Assembly: GCA_002811645.1 (NCBI GenBank)
Contig: PDIP01000045.1
Location: forward strand, 1 to 64,000
DNA length: 64,000 nt
Direction of reading: 5' to 3'
Origin: Corallochytrium limacisporum Hawaii
Lineage: Eukaryota > Protista > Pluriformea
Position numbers and translations under genes: made by a program
Shown here: one piece after another, positions 46,497 through 55,888 of the stretch
Layout of the letters: each line of letters opens with the position of its first letter
How positions within the stretch are numbered: position 1 is the first letter of the stretch
The notes under the pieces: generated by a model
What the model saw: only the letters and a program-made list of their open reading frames with translations
Databases searched by the model: none
Told to the model about the DNA's origin: nothing

Positions 46497-47285
46497 ATGT
46501 GTGATTTACTATATCTCAAGGACCCTGACCTTCACGAAACCGAGGCAGAAGTCACCCATGTCGGTGAAGTAGCTGAAGACGGCAAGAACGTACCAATAAG
46601 TCTAAATCAGACTCCTTTCTACCCACAGGGTGGCGGACAACCCTCTGATCGTGGTCATTTGCACATTTTGGATGACGCTGATGTTCTGCCACTGAATGTG
46701 CAGAAAGTTCAGAAGGATGGAGATGTGGGTGTTGTCCATCACGTTGGTCATGAAGAACGGGGCGTTCTTGAGAGCTTGAAGGTTGGCACGAGGCTGAAAG
46801 CAAAAGTAGACTCTGATCTGCGGCATTGGCATTGCCGGTTACACAGTGGTGGTCACCTCATCGATGATGCCGTGAAGAAATGTGGGTATCATTGGGTCAG
46901 TGGCAAGGCGTACCACTTTCCCGATGGTCCTTACGTCGAATATGAAGGAAACCTCCCGGCGCCAGACCGTGAAGGGGCTGTAAAGGCGCTTAATGATGCC
47001 TGCGTGGAAATTATGGCCAGCGATGTGATAAAGAACGAATGTCAAGTGTTGATGGTGCCATACGACGATCTTGAGAGAGTGACGGGCCAGGAGGTTCCGG
47101 ACTTCTTGGAGAAGGGGCAGCCTTGCCGGGTTGTAAACATCCTTGGAACTCCAGATGGTGTGCATCTCATCTGTGGAGGCACGCACGTCAAGAAAGCCGA
47201 GGATATTGGTAAGGTTACGATCAAGAAGATTAAGGTCAAGGGCAGGAAAATCAAGGTACAGTACACAGTCACCCCGGGTCCTTAA
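46497..47285 (+). CDS. Free-standing AlaX trans-editing protein (AlaX-M size)
   Basis: TPFYPQGGGQPSDRG, zinc motifs HSGGH and CGGTH, and GKAYHFPDGPYVEY. 262 aa from ATG 46497, with no C-Ala domain. Confidence 0.9.
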   Translation: MCDLLYLKDPDLHETEAEVTHVGEVAEDGKNVPISLNQTPFYPQGGGQPSDRGHLHILDDADVLPLNVQKVQKDGDVGVVHHVGHEERGVLESLKVGTRLKAKVDSDLRHWHCRLHSGGHLIDDAVKKCGYHWVSGKAYHFPDGPYVEYEGNLPAPDREGAVKALNDACVEIMASDVIKNECQVLMVPYDDLERVTGQEVPDFLEKGQPCRVVNILGTPDGVHLICGGTHVKKAEDIGKVTIKKIKVKGRKIKVQYTVTPGP

Positions 47286-48167
47286 TACTTCTTTGCATAA
47301 AGAATTTCCGTATATTAAAATTTCCTATATAAACATATTATATTTCATTTTGGTTTGTATTTTCAAAGATATGCCAGTTCGGTATATAAGTACATTGCAA
47401 ATAAGAAGTATATCCAACTGGTCTCAAGAAAGAACTCATCCCAGCTTTCCGACTTGGAGCAACTAGTGAAGGCCCGCCAGCAAGGGAAACTCCGAAACGC
47501 CAGTCACGAGCGCTTAGAAAACTGCAGTCGCGTGTGCCCTGCCTTGTGAGCATGATTTACGTGCCCGCCGCCTGAACCCTCTGCAGTGCCAGGTCACACC
47601 ACACAAAATCAGCCATCACGACTCAGTCCGTGGCAATGCCGCTCGTACTTTCAGTAAGGACTTTCGCCTGCGACTCCGAGGCGTGAACGATCAAAACAAA
47701 CGGAAAACCCTTTCGCCGTCAAGGTGCCCTCTTGCAATTGGAAGCCTTTGACATCAGAGTTAGAGCTGTGCATATACCTATTGCTCGATGGAAATCAGTG
47801 CAAGGGCAAAAAGGGAAAACAAAAGCCCAGCTCAAGTGCGGTGATGCCCACTCGATCGACACCGTGCACGTACCGGAAAACGGTAAACAAAAAATGCAAA
47901 AATGGAAAGCGAGACGGAGATCCTCAGCGTACTTTGACTATGGCGAAACGACACACGTGGGGATCCCGGCACTGACGACGAAATCCCCAACGTGAAAAGT
48001 CATATGGAAGCGCATACATAGTGCATCTGCGAGGAGCAACACCCCTGAAAAATTGAAGACTGGGTCGTAATCTGGGCCCTCAGGAATGGACAAGGAGGGA
48101 CCCATCCTGTGGTATAGTGAGTAAAACAATGTTTCCATAAACAACTCTTAGTATATAATGTTCTAAA

Positions 48168-48476
48168 TCTCGTTGCACATTGACTGCTGTAGGGTGTATA
48201 TGCCTATTGACCCAATGTGGTGAACGACAGTCTGAGGGCATTGACTAGAAAACCCCGTGGACCGGAACTGTCGCTCCCCGCAGTGGGTGTTGGCTGTACT
48301 GAGTGAGGTGAAGCGATAGCGGAAACTAGGGTCCGCATAAGCGCTGTGAAGCTCCTGTGTAAGTGTTTGCTTCATAGAGCGCTTCGGGAGAGAATGCAAT
48401 AGAGCAGCACAAGCACAGTTGCATATAGGGCAACCAGTGCCATGTGTGACGTCCCTCTGACTGTGTGAACCAGGGA
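48168..48476 (+). ncRNA. Candidate structured ncRNA with RNase P/MRP-like architecture
   Basis: Hand-folded helices: 48172-79/48464-70, 48184-91/48400-07, 48192-95/48210-13, 48227-38/48453-64, 48257-63/48330-36, 48268-75/48312-19, 48344-52/48369-77 and 48413-22/48430-40. G.U pairs form in the + orientation. Motifs GUCUGAG, GGAAAC, GAAUGCAAU and AC-N8-GACUG fall in RNase P CR-I/III/IV/V order. Confidence 0.5.
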
Positions 48477-48613
48477 AATTGATCATGGTGTCAGCTATTT
48501 ATACTATCTCTCGACGACACTGTGCGACACGAGCACCGCTTCTTCCACAGTTCGTCCATTTCGGATCAAGTGGTCTGTCTTAACATTTTGGGCGGGAACA
48601 TAACATAGCCGTC

Positions 48614-49044
48614 ATGTCTTCCTTAGGACCTTTCTTGAATGTAAGTATTCGATCGAAACGGGAACAAACGTAGTCATTCGGGATACGATTCGCTAACTGA
48701 ATTTTTTTGTTTACTGTTCTTTGTACATATAGTTCTGTCGATACACGGCACTGGTTGCGGGTCTAGCATACGGATCGGTTCACGCCAAGACTGTTCTGCA
48801 GCTTGATGCCAAGGATCAGGAGCGCGCAGAGGCAAAGAAGCGGAAGCGTGAGAAGGAGATTCAGGATATCGTTGACAAGTATGGACCTAAGCGTAAGTAT
48901 CTAGATAGTTCTGAAATCTGAATTCGCATATTGATCGGAATCCTAACTCAATGAGAATTGTTCATTCTTTACTTCCCATATACAGCGGACTCCGTAAACT
49001 TCGAGGATGAGAAATCGGTAGAGGCCTATCTGGCAAAATTATAG
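48614..49044 (+). CDS. ATP5ME: Mitochondrial ATP synthase subunit e (Tim11/ATP5ME), 81 aa, 3 exons (48614-48640, 48733-48892, 48986-49044)
   Basis: Spliced product MSSLGPFLNFCRYTALVAGLAYGSVHAKTVLQLDAKDQERAEAKKRKREKEIQDIVDKYGPKPDSVNFEDEKSVEAYLAKL*. RYxALxxGxxYG (GxxxG) hallmark plus coiled coil. Introns are 92 and 93 nt, with GTAAGT donors, CGCTAAC/TCCTAAC branches and TAG/CAG acceptors. Confidence 0.9.
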
Positions 49045-49691
49045 ATAACTCAATGGGCTCGGATTGAATTGTGGAACGCAATGATTTGGGATCATCGAAA
49101 ATGAGGAAACCAAAGAAGTTGAATCGTTCACAAATAAGAAGCTACTTCCGTAGCAATCTCTCAAAAGCAATACAACATGTAGAAAATATCGCTAATTCAT
49201 CAAGGATCGCCTTTCTACGTATCCTCTGATAACACCTGTACACTGATCACGTATCTCACCCTCCTCATATCCCGCCTCTTTCAAGTACAAGAGCTCATTC
49301 CTTGAAATACACTTTCTGTGCAACCACAGTAATGAACATGCCTGGAACAGTATCATCATGTCTTCCTTGCAAGCTGCATACTAGGGAAAGCTTGGATGTC
49401 CAGATGGCAATGGGGGAAAAGTGGGAGGGTATTGGTTGGTACCCAGGCCCCCAACCATCTGCGTCGCCCTCCCCCCTCCCCCCCTGTAGTGTCGCCTGTG
49501 TAGGCCTTTTACCAATGGTAGGATCCCTTTGCCGCCTACCGGAGCTACTGCGACGCTCATTCACCAACGTATTTGATGGTAGCACTTTCAGGAAGCTGAA
49601 GAACTTTGACAATGATCGGATGGGAGTTGGTGAGGGATAGAGACATCATGTAGGTACAGTGACTAGGCGGTTTCGAGTGTAAAAAATAGTC

Positions 49692-50984
49692 ATGTCTGGT
49701 TGGACGTTTCGTGACCCTGACAGTCTCACTTTCGATGAGGATGTGGATGAAGTCACGCAAACTCAGATGGACCAGATGGGAGTAGAGCTTCTTGTTAAGA
49801 AGTGTATGAAAGAAGTCAATAATTTGCCGAGCAGCAAAAATTACGACGGGGACCCATTGAAACTGCTCTATGTAAGCTCCCATAGAACATTTGCAGCTAA
49901 AGCCCTTAGTACACGTGAATTAGACAGTGGTTTTGTTGGCCTGGATGCATCCCGTCCTTGGCTCCTTTTCTGGAATCTCAATACATTGACCCTTTTCTCA
50001 GGGGGTGAAGCCACTAATGACCCGGAATCTCGAACAGCGATGGATGGTTTGGGAGAATCTGTAATCAGACGGAGTATTGCCTTCCTCAAACAATGTCAAG
50101 ATGTTGACACCGGTGGATTCGGTGGTGGGCCATATCAGCTCAGCCATCTGGCACCAACATATGCAGCGGTTGCGAGCGTTGCTCTCATTGGTACAAAGGA
50201 AGCCTACGACCTTATCGATCGTCCAAAATTGCTGGAGTTTCTACAGACATGCAAGTCCCAATTCCCAGGAGGTGGCTTTGCTCTCCACCGCGGTGGCGAG
50301 GAAGACGTCCGCGGTGCTTACTGTGCCATCGCAGTTGCAAAACTGTTAGATCTCGAGTCTCTTACTAGTCACGGCGGTGATACACTCTTTGACGGCACAG
50401 CTGAGTGGATTGCCTCCTGTCAGACGTACGAGGGTGGACTTGGCGGCGTGCCGGGGATGGAAGCACACGGTGGCTATGCGTACTGTGGACTAGCTGGCTT
50501 GGCGCTCCTGAATCGTATCGAGGTCCTCGAACCTTACCGCTTTATTCACTGGCTTTCAATGCGGCAAATGAGATTTGAAGGTGGCTTCTCTGGCAGAAGC
50601 AATAAGCTGGTTGATAGCTGCTACTCGTTTTGGGTAGGTGCATGTTTCACAATCCTTCGGGACTACCACCCGCTGTTCCGCAACCCAGAGGATGTCAACG
50701 TGCTCTGCGATGCTAACTCGCTTGCGTGGTACGTGGCTGGTGCTTGCCAAGACCGTCGCGGCGGCATTGTTGACAAACCGGGGAAGAGTAGAGATCACTA
50801 CCATACCTGCTACGCACTGTCCGGATTATCGGTGCTGCTCGGCTCAAGGGAGAGAGAAAAAACATTCCTCGAGAATGATCCGCTCACCAACGTGGAACAC
50901 TCACTCAGCCGCAAGATGAAACTCCATTTCCAAGCGGTAGATGACCATAACGAGGACGAATCCCATTTCGTGGATCTTTCTTGA
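49692..50984 (+). CDS. FNTB: Protein farnesyltransferase beta subunit (Ram1)
   Basis: LDASRPWLLFW, GGFGGGPYQLSHLAPTYAAV, GEEDVRGAYCA, EAHGGY, zinc ligands in GRSNKLVDSCYSFW and DKPGKSRDHYHTCY. Confidence 0.95.
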   Translation: MSGWTFRDPDSLTFDEDVDEVTQTQMDQMGVELLVKKCMKEVNNLPSSKNYDGDPLKLLYVSSHRTFAAKALSTRELDSGFVGLDASRPWLLFWNLNTLTLFSGGEATNDPESRTAMDGLGESVIRRSIAFLKQCQDVDTGGFGGGPYQLSHLAPTYAAVASVALIGTKEAYDLIDRPKLLEFLQTCKSQFPGGGFALHRGGEEDVRGAYCAIAVAKLLDLESLTSHGGDTLFDGTAEWIASCQTYEGGLGGVPGMEAHGGYAYCGLAGLALLNRIEVLEPYRFIHWLSMRQMRFEGGFSGRSNKLVDSCYSFWVGACFTILRDYHPLFRNPEDVNVLCDANSLAWYVAGACQDRRGGIVDKPGKSRDHYHTCYALSGLSVLLGSREREKTFLENDPLTNVEHSLSRKMKLHFQAVDDHNEDESHFVDLS

Positions 50985-51035
50985 GAGTAAGAAGTATATT
51001 AAATTCTTTCAATGCTCTTATACAGATTTGACTCT

Positions 51036-53507
51036 TTAGGCAGCGGAAGATCCCTGAGTAATGGTGAAACCAGAAAGGTCCTCAGCTCCTTCCAATGCGA
51101 GGTTCTTCTCATTGCAGAGATGAAGCAAGCAAACAAAGGCAATAGGAACACTGAGATTTTGGGACTGATCCGAGGGCAAGTCGCTACGAAGTTTGTGGAA
51201 CGTCTTGCGGAAATCACGTTCCTCAGGAACGCGGCGAGGATCCTCAAAATTGGAAGCATCACCACCTTCACCTGCAGCGGCATCCTCTTCGGCCTCAGCC
51301 TTAGCGAAATCAACGGCTTCGTCTGTGACAAGACGATGCCAAAGAGCGGTTTTGACCTTTCGTACATCAACAATCTTGGCTTTCCGGGCGTAGCTGATCT
51401 GCATCTTGGCGACACGCTCCGGTAGGTCAATGAGCTCGTCTCCAATGTTGCCAGTTGCGAATTTTTGTTCAGCTGTGGCAGCCAAGAGATCGCCAGCATT
51501 GACAACACCATCAGTATCACCACCATAGCCGTCAGGGCCGTTGTGATCCATATCCCAGGCTTCTTCGGCGTCCATCGGTGCATCGTCAACCATGCCGTAG
51601 TCCCCGTTGTTCCAGTCCAGTCCGTCATCTGCTTCCTGGTTGCGGTCTTGCATTGGCTGCATAATGAAAATGCCCTCCTCAACGGCCTGTTTCTGTGCCT
51701 CCTTAGCACCAGTGCCAGGGAGGGCGACAGTACGCCAGGGACGAGTGAACATGGTGGTCAGCTTCTCAATTCCGTAGCCCAAGTCCTCAGGCAAGACAGT
51801 GGAAGTGACATCCCACTTGTCAAGGGTTGTTTGCGAGAGCAAGTTGCTGTTCTTCTTGCCACGTGTTAACTGCCCGTCAATCGCGGCCATGTCCTCTGGT
51901 GTGAATGACGCATGAGAAAACCGCAGGAACAGAGGTTCTCGCTTGGCTTTTGTGGTCCCAGATGACTTTCCTGACCCAGCAGCAGTACCAAGCTGACGGA
52001 GACGATTTGAGGTGCCAAAAGACCAGTGCTCAGGTCCAATCCAAGTGCGCAGTAGGATTGGGTCAAAGTACGAGTAGTCTGTGTGCGTTTTCTCCCCACC
52101 CGGGACCACAAGCATTGGGACGGAGGTGATCTGGTTTCCGCTAGTTCCTTGCCCTCCATCGGCAGCCATTCGACGTGCCATGGCCATGTCCTGCTGCATC
52201 AAGATCTCCTCCTGTCGAGCAATAGGATCTGCAACATTGAAGGCGTCACCAGAATCGTCGTACATATTTTCTCCAATATATCCGCCGAAATCATTTGCTG
52301 TGTCACCATAGACATCAGTCTCAGAAGCATGTTCGCGTATGGCAGCTCGTTGCATCTGAACTGCCCACTTGTCGTCATCGTCGTCCATACCATCACCATT
52401 GAAGCGGAAATTGCGGAATGGTCCACAGATTGTCGTCTCACGAATATTTTGAATGTGATCTTTGATCTTTCCCATGATCGCGCTGAGGTCAACCTGGCTG
52501 TGATCAATTTCACTGACCTCATTCTTGACGACCATCTTGTCCACAAAAGAGTCTTGGGAATCGAAGAGCATTTCCACACCTTTGCGACTCCCCAACTGAT
52601 TCATGAGCAGTCCCTGGGCACCAAGATCACCATCAAAAGCAGCACTCATCTTTGCAAATAGGGGATCAATATGCAAAGTTTGATCCAGAGAGCTGTTGGT
52701 TATATTCTCCAGCTTTGTCTCCAAAGTTTCAGCGGAATGTGCATACTTTCGTGCACGTTTCTTTTTCTGCTGCCCATCCTCGCCAACTTCTTCCTCGCCC
52801 TCTTCGTCATCGTTGTCCTCATTCTCATTCTCATTGTTCCGGTTCAAGCCCTTCACCACCTTGAATGTGTCGTCGTGTACGCTGTCCACACGGTAACTGA
52901 AAATCTTCACGCTGGCGTCGATAGTAGTAGAGGCAGCCTGGAAATCGACATCAATGCCACTGCCACGGCCTGCATTCTCTTTACCAACAACTTCGTTAAT
53001 GTAATCAATCAGCTGCATGTCCCAAGCATTGCGCCGATTGACACGGTTTTCGCTCACCAAACGAATACAATTTGCGTATACATCGGCAACCCGGTTTGCA
53101 TTCGCGCCGGAAATTCCCTTGAGAGGCGTCCCATTTTCACCAGCTTTGACATTGACAGCAGCCTCATCCTCAGCGGCCCGGGCTCGGATCTCTTCGAGCC
53201 GTTTTTTTCTCAGGGCTGCTCGCTCCGCTTCATCGTTGTTGTTACCCAAACGATTGGCAGCCTCCAGTGTGGATTCCGGCACGGCGCCACTTTTTCGGCG
53301 TTTGGGAGACTGAAGAGGGGTTGGGTTACGCTGGTGAACTTTTCTGGCCGCGACCAAACGAGAACCAGACCCCGGTGTGTTGTTCGCAGATTCGGACAGT
53401 GCCTGGGTCAGACCACTTTTTCCGGTGGGCGTGCTGGGGTTGCTGACTTCCATGCGGTTTTCTACAGACTTGAGGGCTCCCGCCCGCGAAGACTTTCGTG
53501 TAGCCAT
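51036..53507 (-). CDS. NCAPH: Condensin I kleisin subunit (CAP-H/Barren/Brn1)
   Basis: CIRLVSENRVNRRNAWDMQLID, FQAASTTIDASVKIFSYRVDSVH, DPLFAKMSAAFD, WIGPEHW, ISYARKAKIVDVRKVK and SVPIAFVCLLHLCNEKNL. ATG at 53507. Converges on FNTB with 51 nt between the stops. Confidence 0.95.
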   Translation of the reverse strand: MATRKSSRAGALKSVENRMEVSNPSTPTGKSGLTQALSESANNTPGSGSRLVAARKVHQRNPTPLQSPKRRKSGAVPESTLEAANRLGNNNDEAERAALRKKRLEEIRARAAEDEAAVNVKAGENGTPLKGISGANANRVADVYANCIRLVSENRVNRRNAWDMQLIDYINEVVGKENAGRGSGIDVDFQAASTTIDASVKIFSYRVDSVHDDTFKVVKGLNRNNENENEDNDDEEGEEEVGEDGQQKKKRARKYAHSAETLETKLENITNSSLDQTLHIDPLFAKMSAAFDGDLGAQGLLMNQLGSRKGVEMLFDSQDSFVDKMVVKNEVSEIDHSQVDLSAIMGKIKDHIQNIRETTICGPFRNFRFNGDGMDDDDDKWAVQMQRAAIREHASETDVYGDTANDFGGYIGENMYDDSGDAFNVADPIARQEEILMQQDMAMARRMAADGGQGTSGNQITSVPMLVVPGGEKTHTDYSYFDPILLRTWIGPEHWSFGTSNRLRQLGTAAGSGKSSGTTKAKREPLFLRFSHASFTPEDMAAIDGQLTRGKKNSNLLSQTTLDKWDVTSTVLPEDLGYGIEKLTTMFTRPWRTVALPGTGAKEAQKQAVEEGIFIMQPMQDRNQEADDGLDWNNGDYGMVDDAPMDAEEAWDMDHNGPDGYGGDTDGVVNAGDLLAATAEQKFATGNIGDELIDLPERVAKMQISYARKAKIVDVRKVKTALWHRLVTDEAVDFAKAEAEEDAAAGEGGDASNFEDPRRVPEERDFRKTFHKLRSDLPSDQSQNLSVPIAFVCLLHLCNEKNLALEGAEDLSGFTITQGSSAA

Positions 53508-53917
53508 TTTGATCAACTCTTGAATTGCGTTCTAGATAACTACAACCAAAAGTATTCCCAACTGATTCGACAGTGTGTCCTTCACTCAGATTCCACTATA
53601 CGGACTGTCGATATACGCTCTTGAAGTAGCCCGGTCTTGATCATGATCTGAACCTCATATTTGATTGCTCATACGAGCATATGCCCAATGCGAATGTGTT
53701 GTCTTGTGCAAGAAATTTCAATTTCACTGTGAGGCCCCGATAAACGACCCTGGTCCCCACCTCTAGGCGGTCGCTCGGGGTGGCACAGAAAGTTAAGAGG
53801 GAGAAACCGTATTCATTACCCGCCAGTGAGGCAGGGATTCCCCCTTTGAAGCTTTCCCGCCAAAAAAAAAGGAATTGGGCCGACCGAACCACCGCCCTCT
53901 CCCCTCGGCTGGTTGAA

Positions 53918-54419
53918 CCCCGCCCCCGGGGGGGGGGGGGCCTCTTTTGGCTGAAACCCCGACCCGCTACAGACCACCAAACATCACCCGCCAGTGAAAA
54001 ATATTGATTTATCGATGCATTTGGACGGGATCAACGGGCTGGAAAAAGGGGGAAGAGGGGGGGAGGGCGATAGGAAGGGTACTTTCCCCTCTTGCGCGGC
54101 GGCAGTTGGCAAGCGCCCCAGGTACGCTGCGCCTCGGAAACAAAAAGCCACCACCACAGGCTTAGGGGTAAGGAACTGAAAACCGGCGGAAAGAAACCAG
54201 CGATAAAGCCTGGAGAACGACGGGGTCTGTTGCGAGGTTCTCTGGACAATTTTCTTTTCCGTTTTTTTTTGTGGATTTTGTTTTGTTTTTTGCTCATCTC
54301 TGGCCGGCCGTTGACGAAAAAACCGTTCTCCGTTTGTCTGTTTCCTCGTTATCCTTCTCAGGGGCTTTCGTTTTTTCCATTCTCCCTTTGGACTTCCCTT
54401 TCCCCCCCCCCCCGGGGGG
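53918..54419. repeat. Two CnGn palindromic runs in a divergent promoter region
   Basis: ccccgccccc followed by G13 (53918-53940), and C12G6 (54402-54419). Confidence 0.75.
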
Positions 54420-55019
54420 CGGGGCGGCCGGGGAGCGGCTCAGGAGGGAGTCAAAAACATGCGCACATAGGGGTGATGGCTGGTCTTTGGTTTTCTACCG
54501 CGGTTCGTCGGAGCGATTGGGGAGATGGCAAAAACAAGATAGAAAAAAAGGAAAAGGAGAGAAAAAAGAGGGAGGCAACGGAAAAAGGGGGGAGAAGAGG
54601 GTGTCATACCAATTGGGACCCAAAAAGTAAAGTGAAGGACACAGATGTCGAGAGGGTCCAGGTGCACCTTGTTCTCCGGTTGTGCTTGGCCCACTTAGCC
54701 ACCTTAACGTGGGACCCATCTGTGTGTCCACTGTCTGTGGCGATGGCCGCTCCTAAACTGGGTAGTCCGAGTTATCCGTACTCACTGCCTATGCACAGCG
54801 CCGTGCCAAAAAATTCTGTCCCGCGAACAGCACCCACGGATTGCGTTTCCATCTTGTCATCCGGGTGGGTTGTCCGGGGCGTGCAGGGTTCTCATATTTG
54901 GAGCCAGTCCCAACTGTCGACAGGTACTCATAGTCCTGAATGTCGAGGTGACCTAAAGGCCCACGGTTTTTGAAAGCGACCTTATACATGGTGTCCATTA
55001 AACTACATACATACATACA

Positions 55020-55775
55020 ATGCCACCAAAGAGAGGAGCAGCGACAGCTTCCCGGGATCCCGAAGAAGGAACCAAGGGTGTCATGGATTTGGTGAAGAGC
55101 GTAGGGCGCTTCGCCTACGCTATAGTCACAACGGACAAAGGCATCTGTACATTGGCAATGCTTGCGATGTTTGTAGCCTGCTATAGGCCGGGTGCGTTCA
55201 GGTCATTCCTAGTTCAGGACAGTGGGTTCAGGGCGACGGAGATCGACCTTGTTCTTAATGGTGCTCACTTAGGTGCAACTGTTCTTAACGGCGGTGTTGC
55301 GACCTTGGCGGTGCCGATTTTCTTCTTCTTCCTTCAGGAAGGAAACAATCTTCAAATGGTCCGCATGCAATTCCGTGTGGAACGATTAGCTGCCAAGGTT
55401 ATGTGGCTCAGTGGGCTTGTAGCTACTGTGACCTACGTACAATTCTTGCCATCAAACGTCGAACTGATCCCTGAACGTGAGGCCTATCACATTACTGGTC
55501 TTGCGATTGCCACGGTGTTCGCATACATTGGGGGAATATTTTTCATTGAGGTCTATCAAGTGCACCGCGGCAAGGTGCAACATCTCCTCGAAGAGGTTGC
55601 AAAGTCAAAGGGAGTAAACAAGAAGACAGACTTGCAGCGTGATTTGGAACGGACAAAATACTCAGTTTCTTCACAGGCAGGGCTGTATTGGCTGCTCATG
55701 TTTGGGAGCTATGGCCTAACTCTGTTCCACCTGTACGAGCTAGGCGACACCCTTTATGAACACGACTGTCTGTGA
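55020..55775 (+). CDS. Multi-pass membrane protein, possibly TMEM205/DUF4149-like
   Basis: 251-aa ATG ORF with about 5 hydrophobic helices. The pattern HLG...FFFL...Q.R...charged loop...TLFHLYEL loosely resembles TMEM205. The family call is tentative. Confidence 0.65.
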   Translation: MPPKRGAATASRDPEEGTKGVMDLVKSVGRFAYAIVTTDKGICTLAMLAMFVACYRPGAFRSFLVQDSGFRATEIDLVLNGAHLGATVLNGGVATLAVPIFFFFLQEGNNLQMVRMQFRVERLAAKVMWLSGLVATVTYVQFLPSNVELIPEREAYHITGLAIATVFAYIGGIFFIEVYQVHRGKVQHLLEEVAKSKGVNKKTDLQRDLERTKYSVSSQAGLYWLLMFGSYGLTLFHLYELGDTLYEHDCL

Positions 55776-55888
55776 ATAGAGAAGAACGTAGCCATAAACA
55801 AAGATAGCACAACTCAGGATCTACGGTTAGTTTCATGCCTCCCAATGAATCAAATGACAACGAATTAAATGTCAATCTATTATGTAAT

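Noticed and set aside
48168-48476. Alternative identities for the structured RNA: SRP, U3, telomerase RNA, cobalamin riboswitch or MITE
   Set aside because: No SRP helix-8 CAGG/GNRA/AGCA, no U3 box A or C, and no CUAACCCUAA-type template with a realignment repeat (AAAACCCC alone is insufficient). Only fragmentary B12-box similarity, and no target-site duplication.
48163-48486. 107-aa minus-strand ORF with ATG and a nearby TATAAATA
   Set aside because: No recognisable domain. The base-pairing with + strand G.U pairs is better explained by an RNA on the other strand. Not fully excluded.
54092-54973. 293-aa ORF
   Set aside because: TTG start and low-complexity translation of homopolymer-rich promoter DNA.
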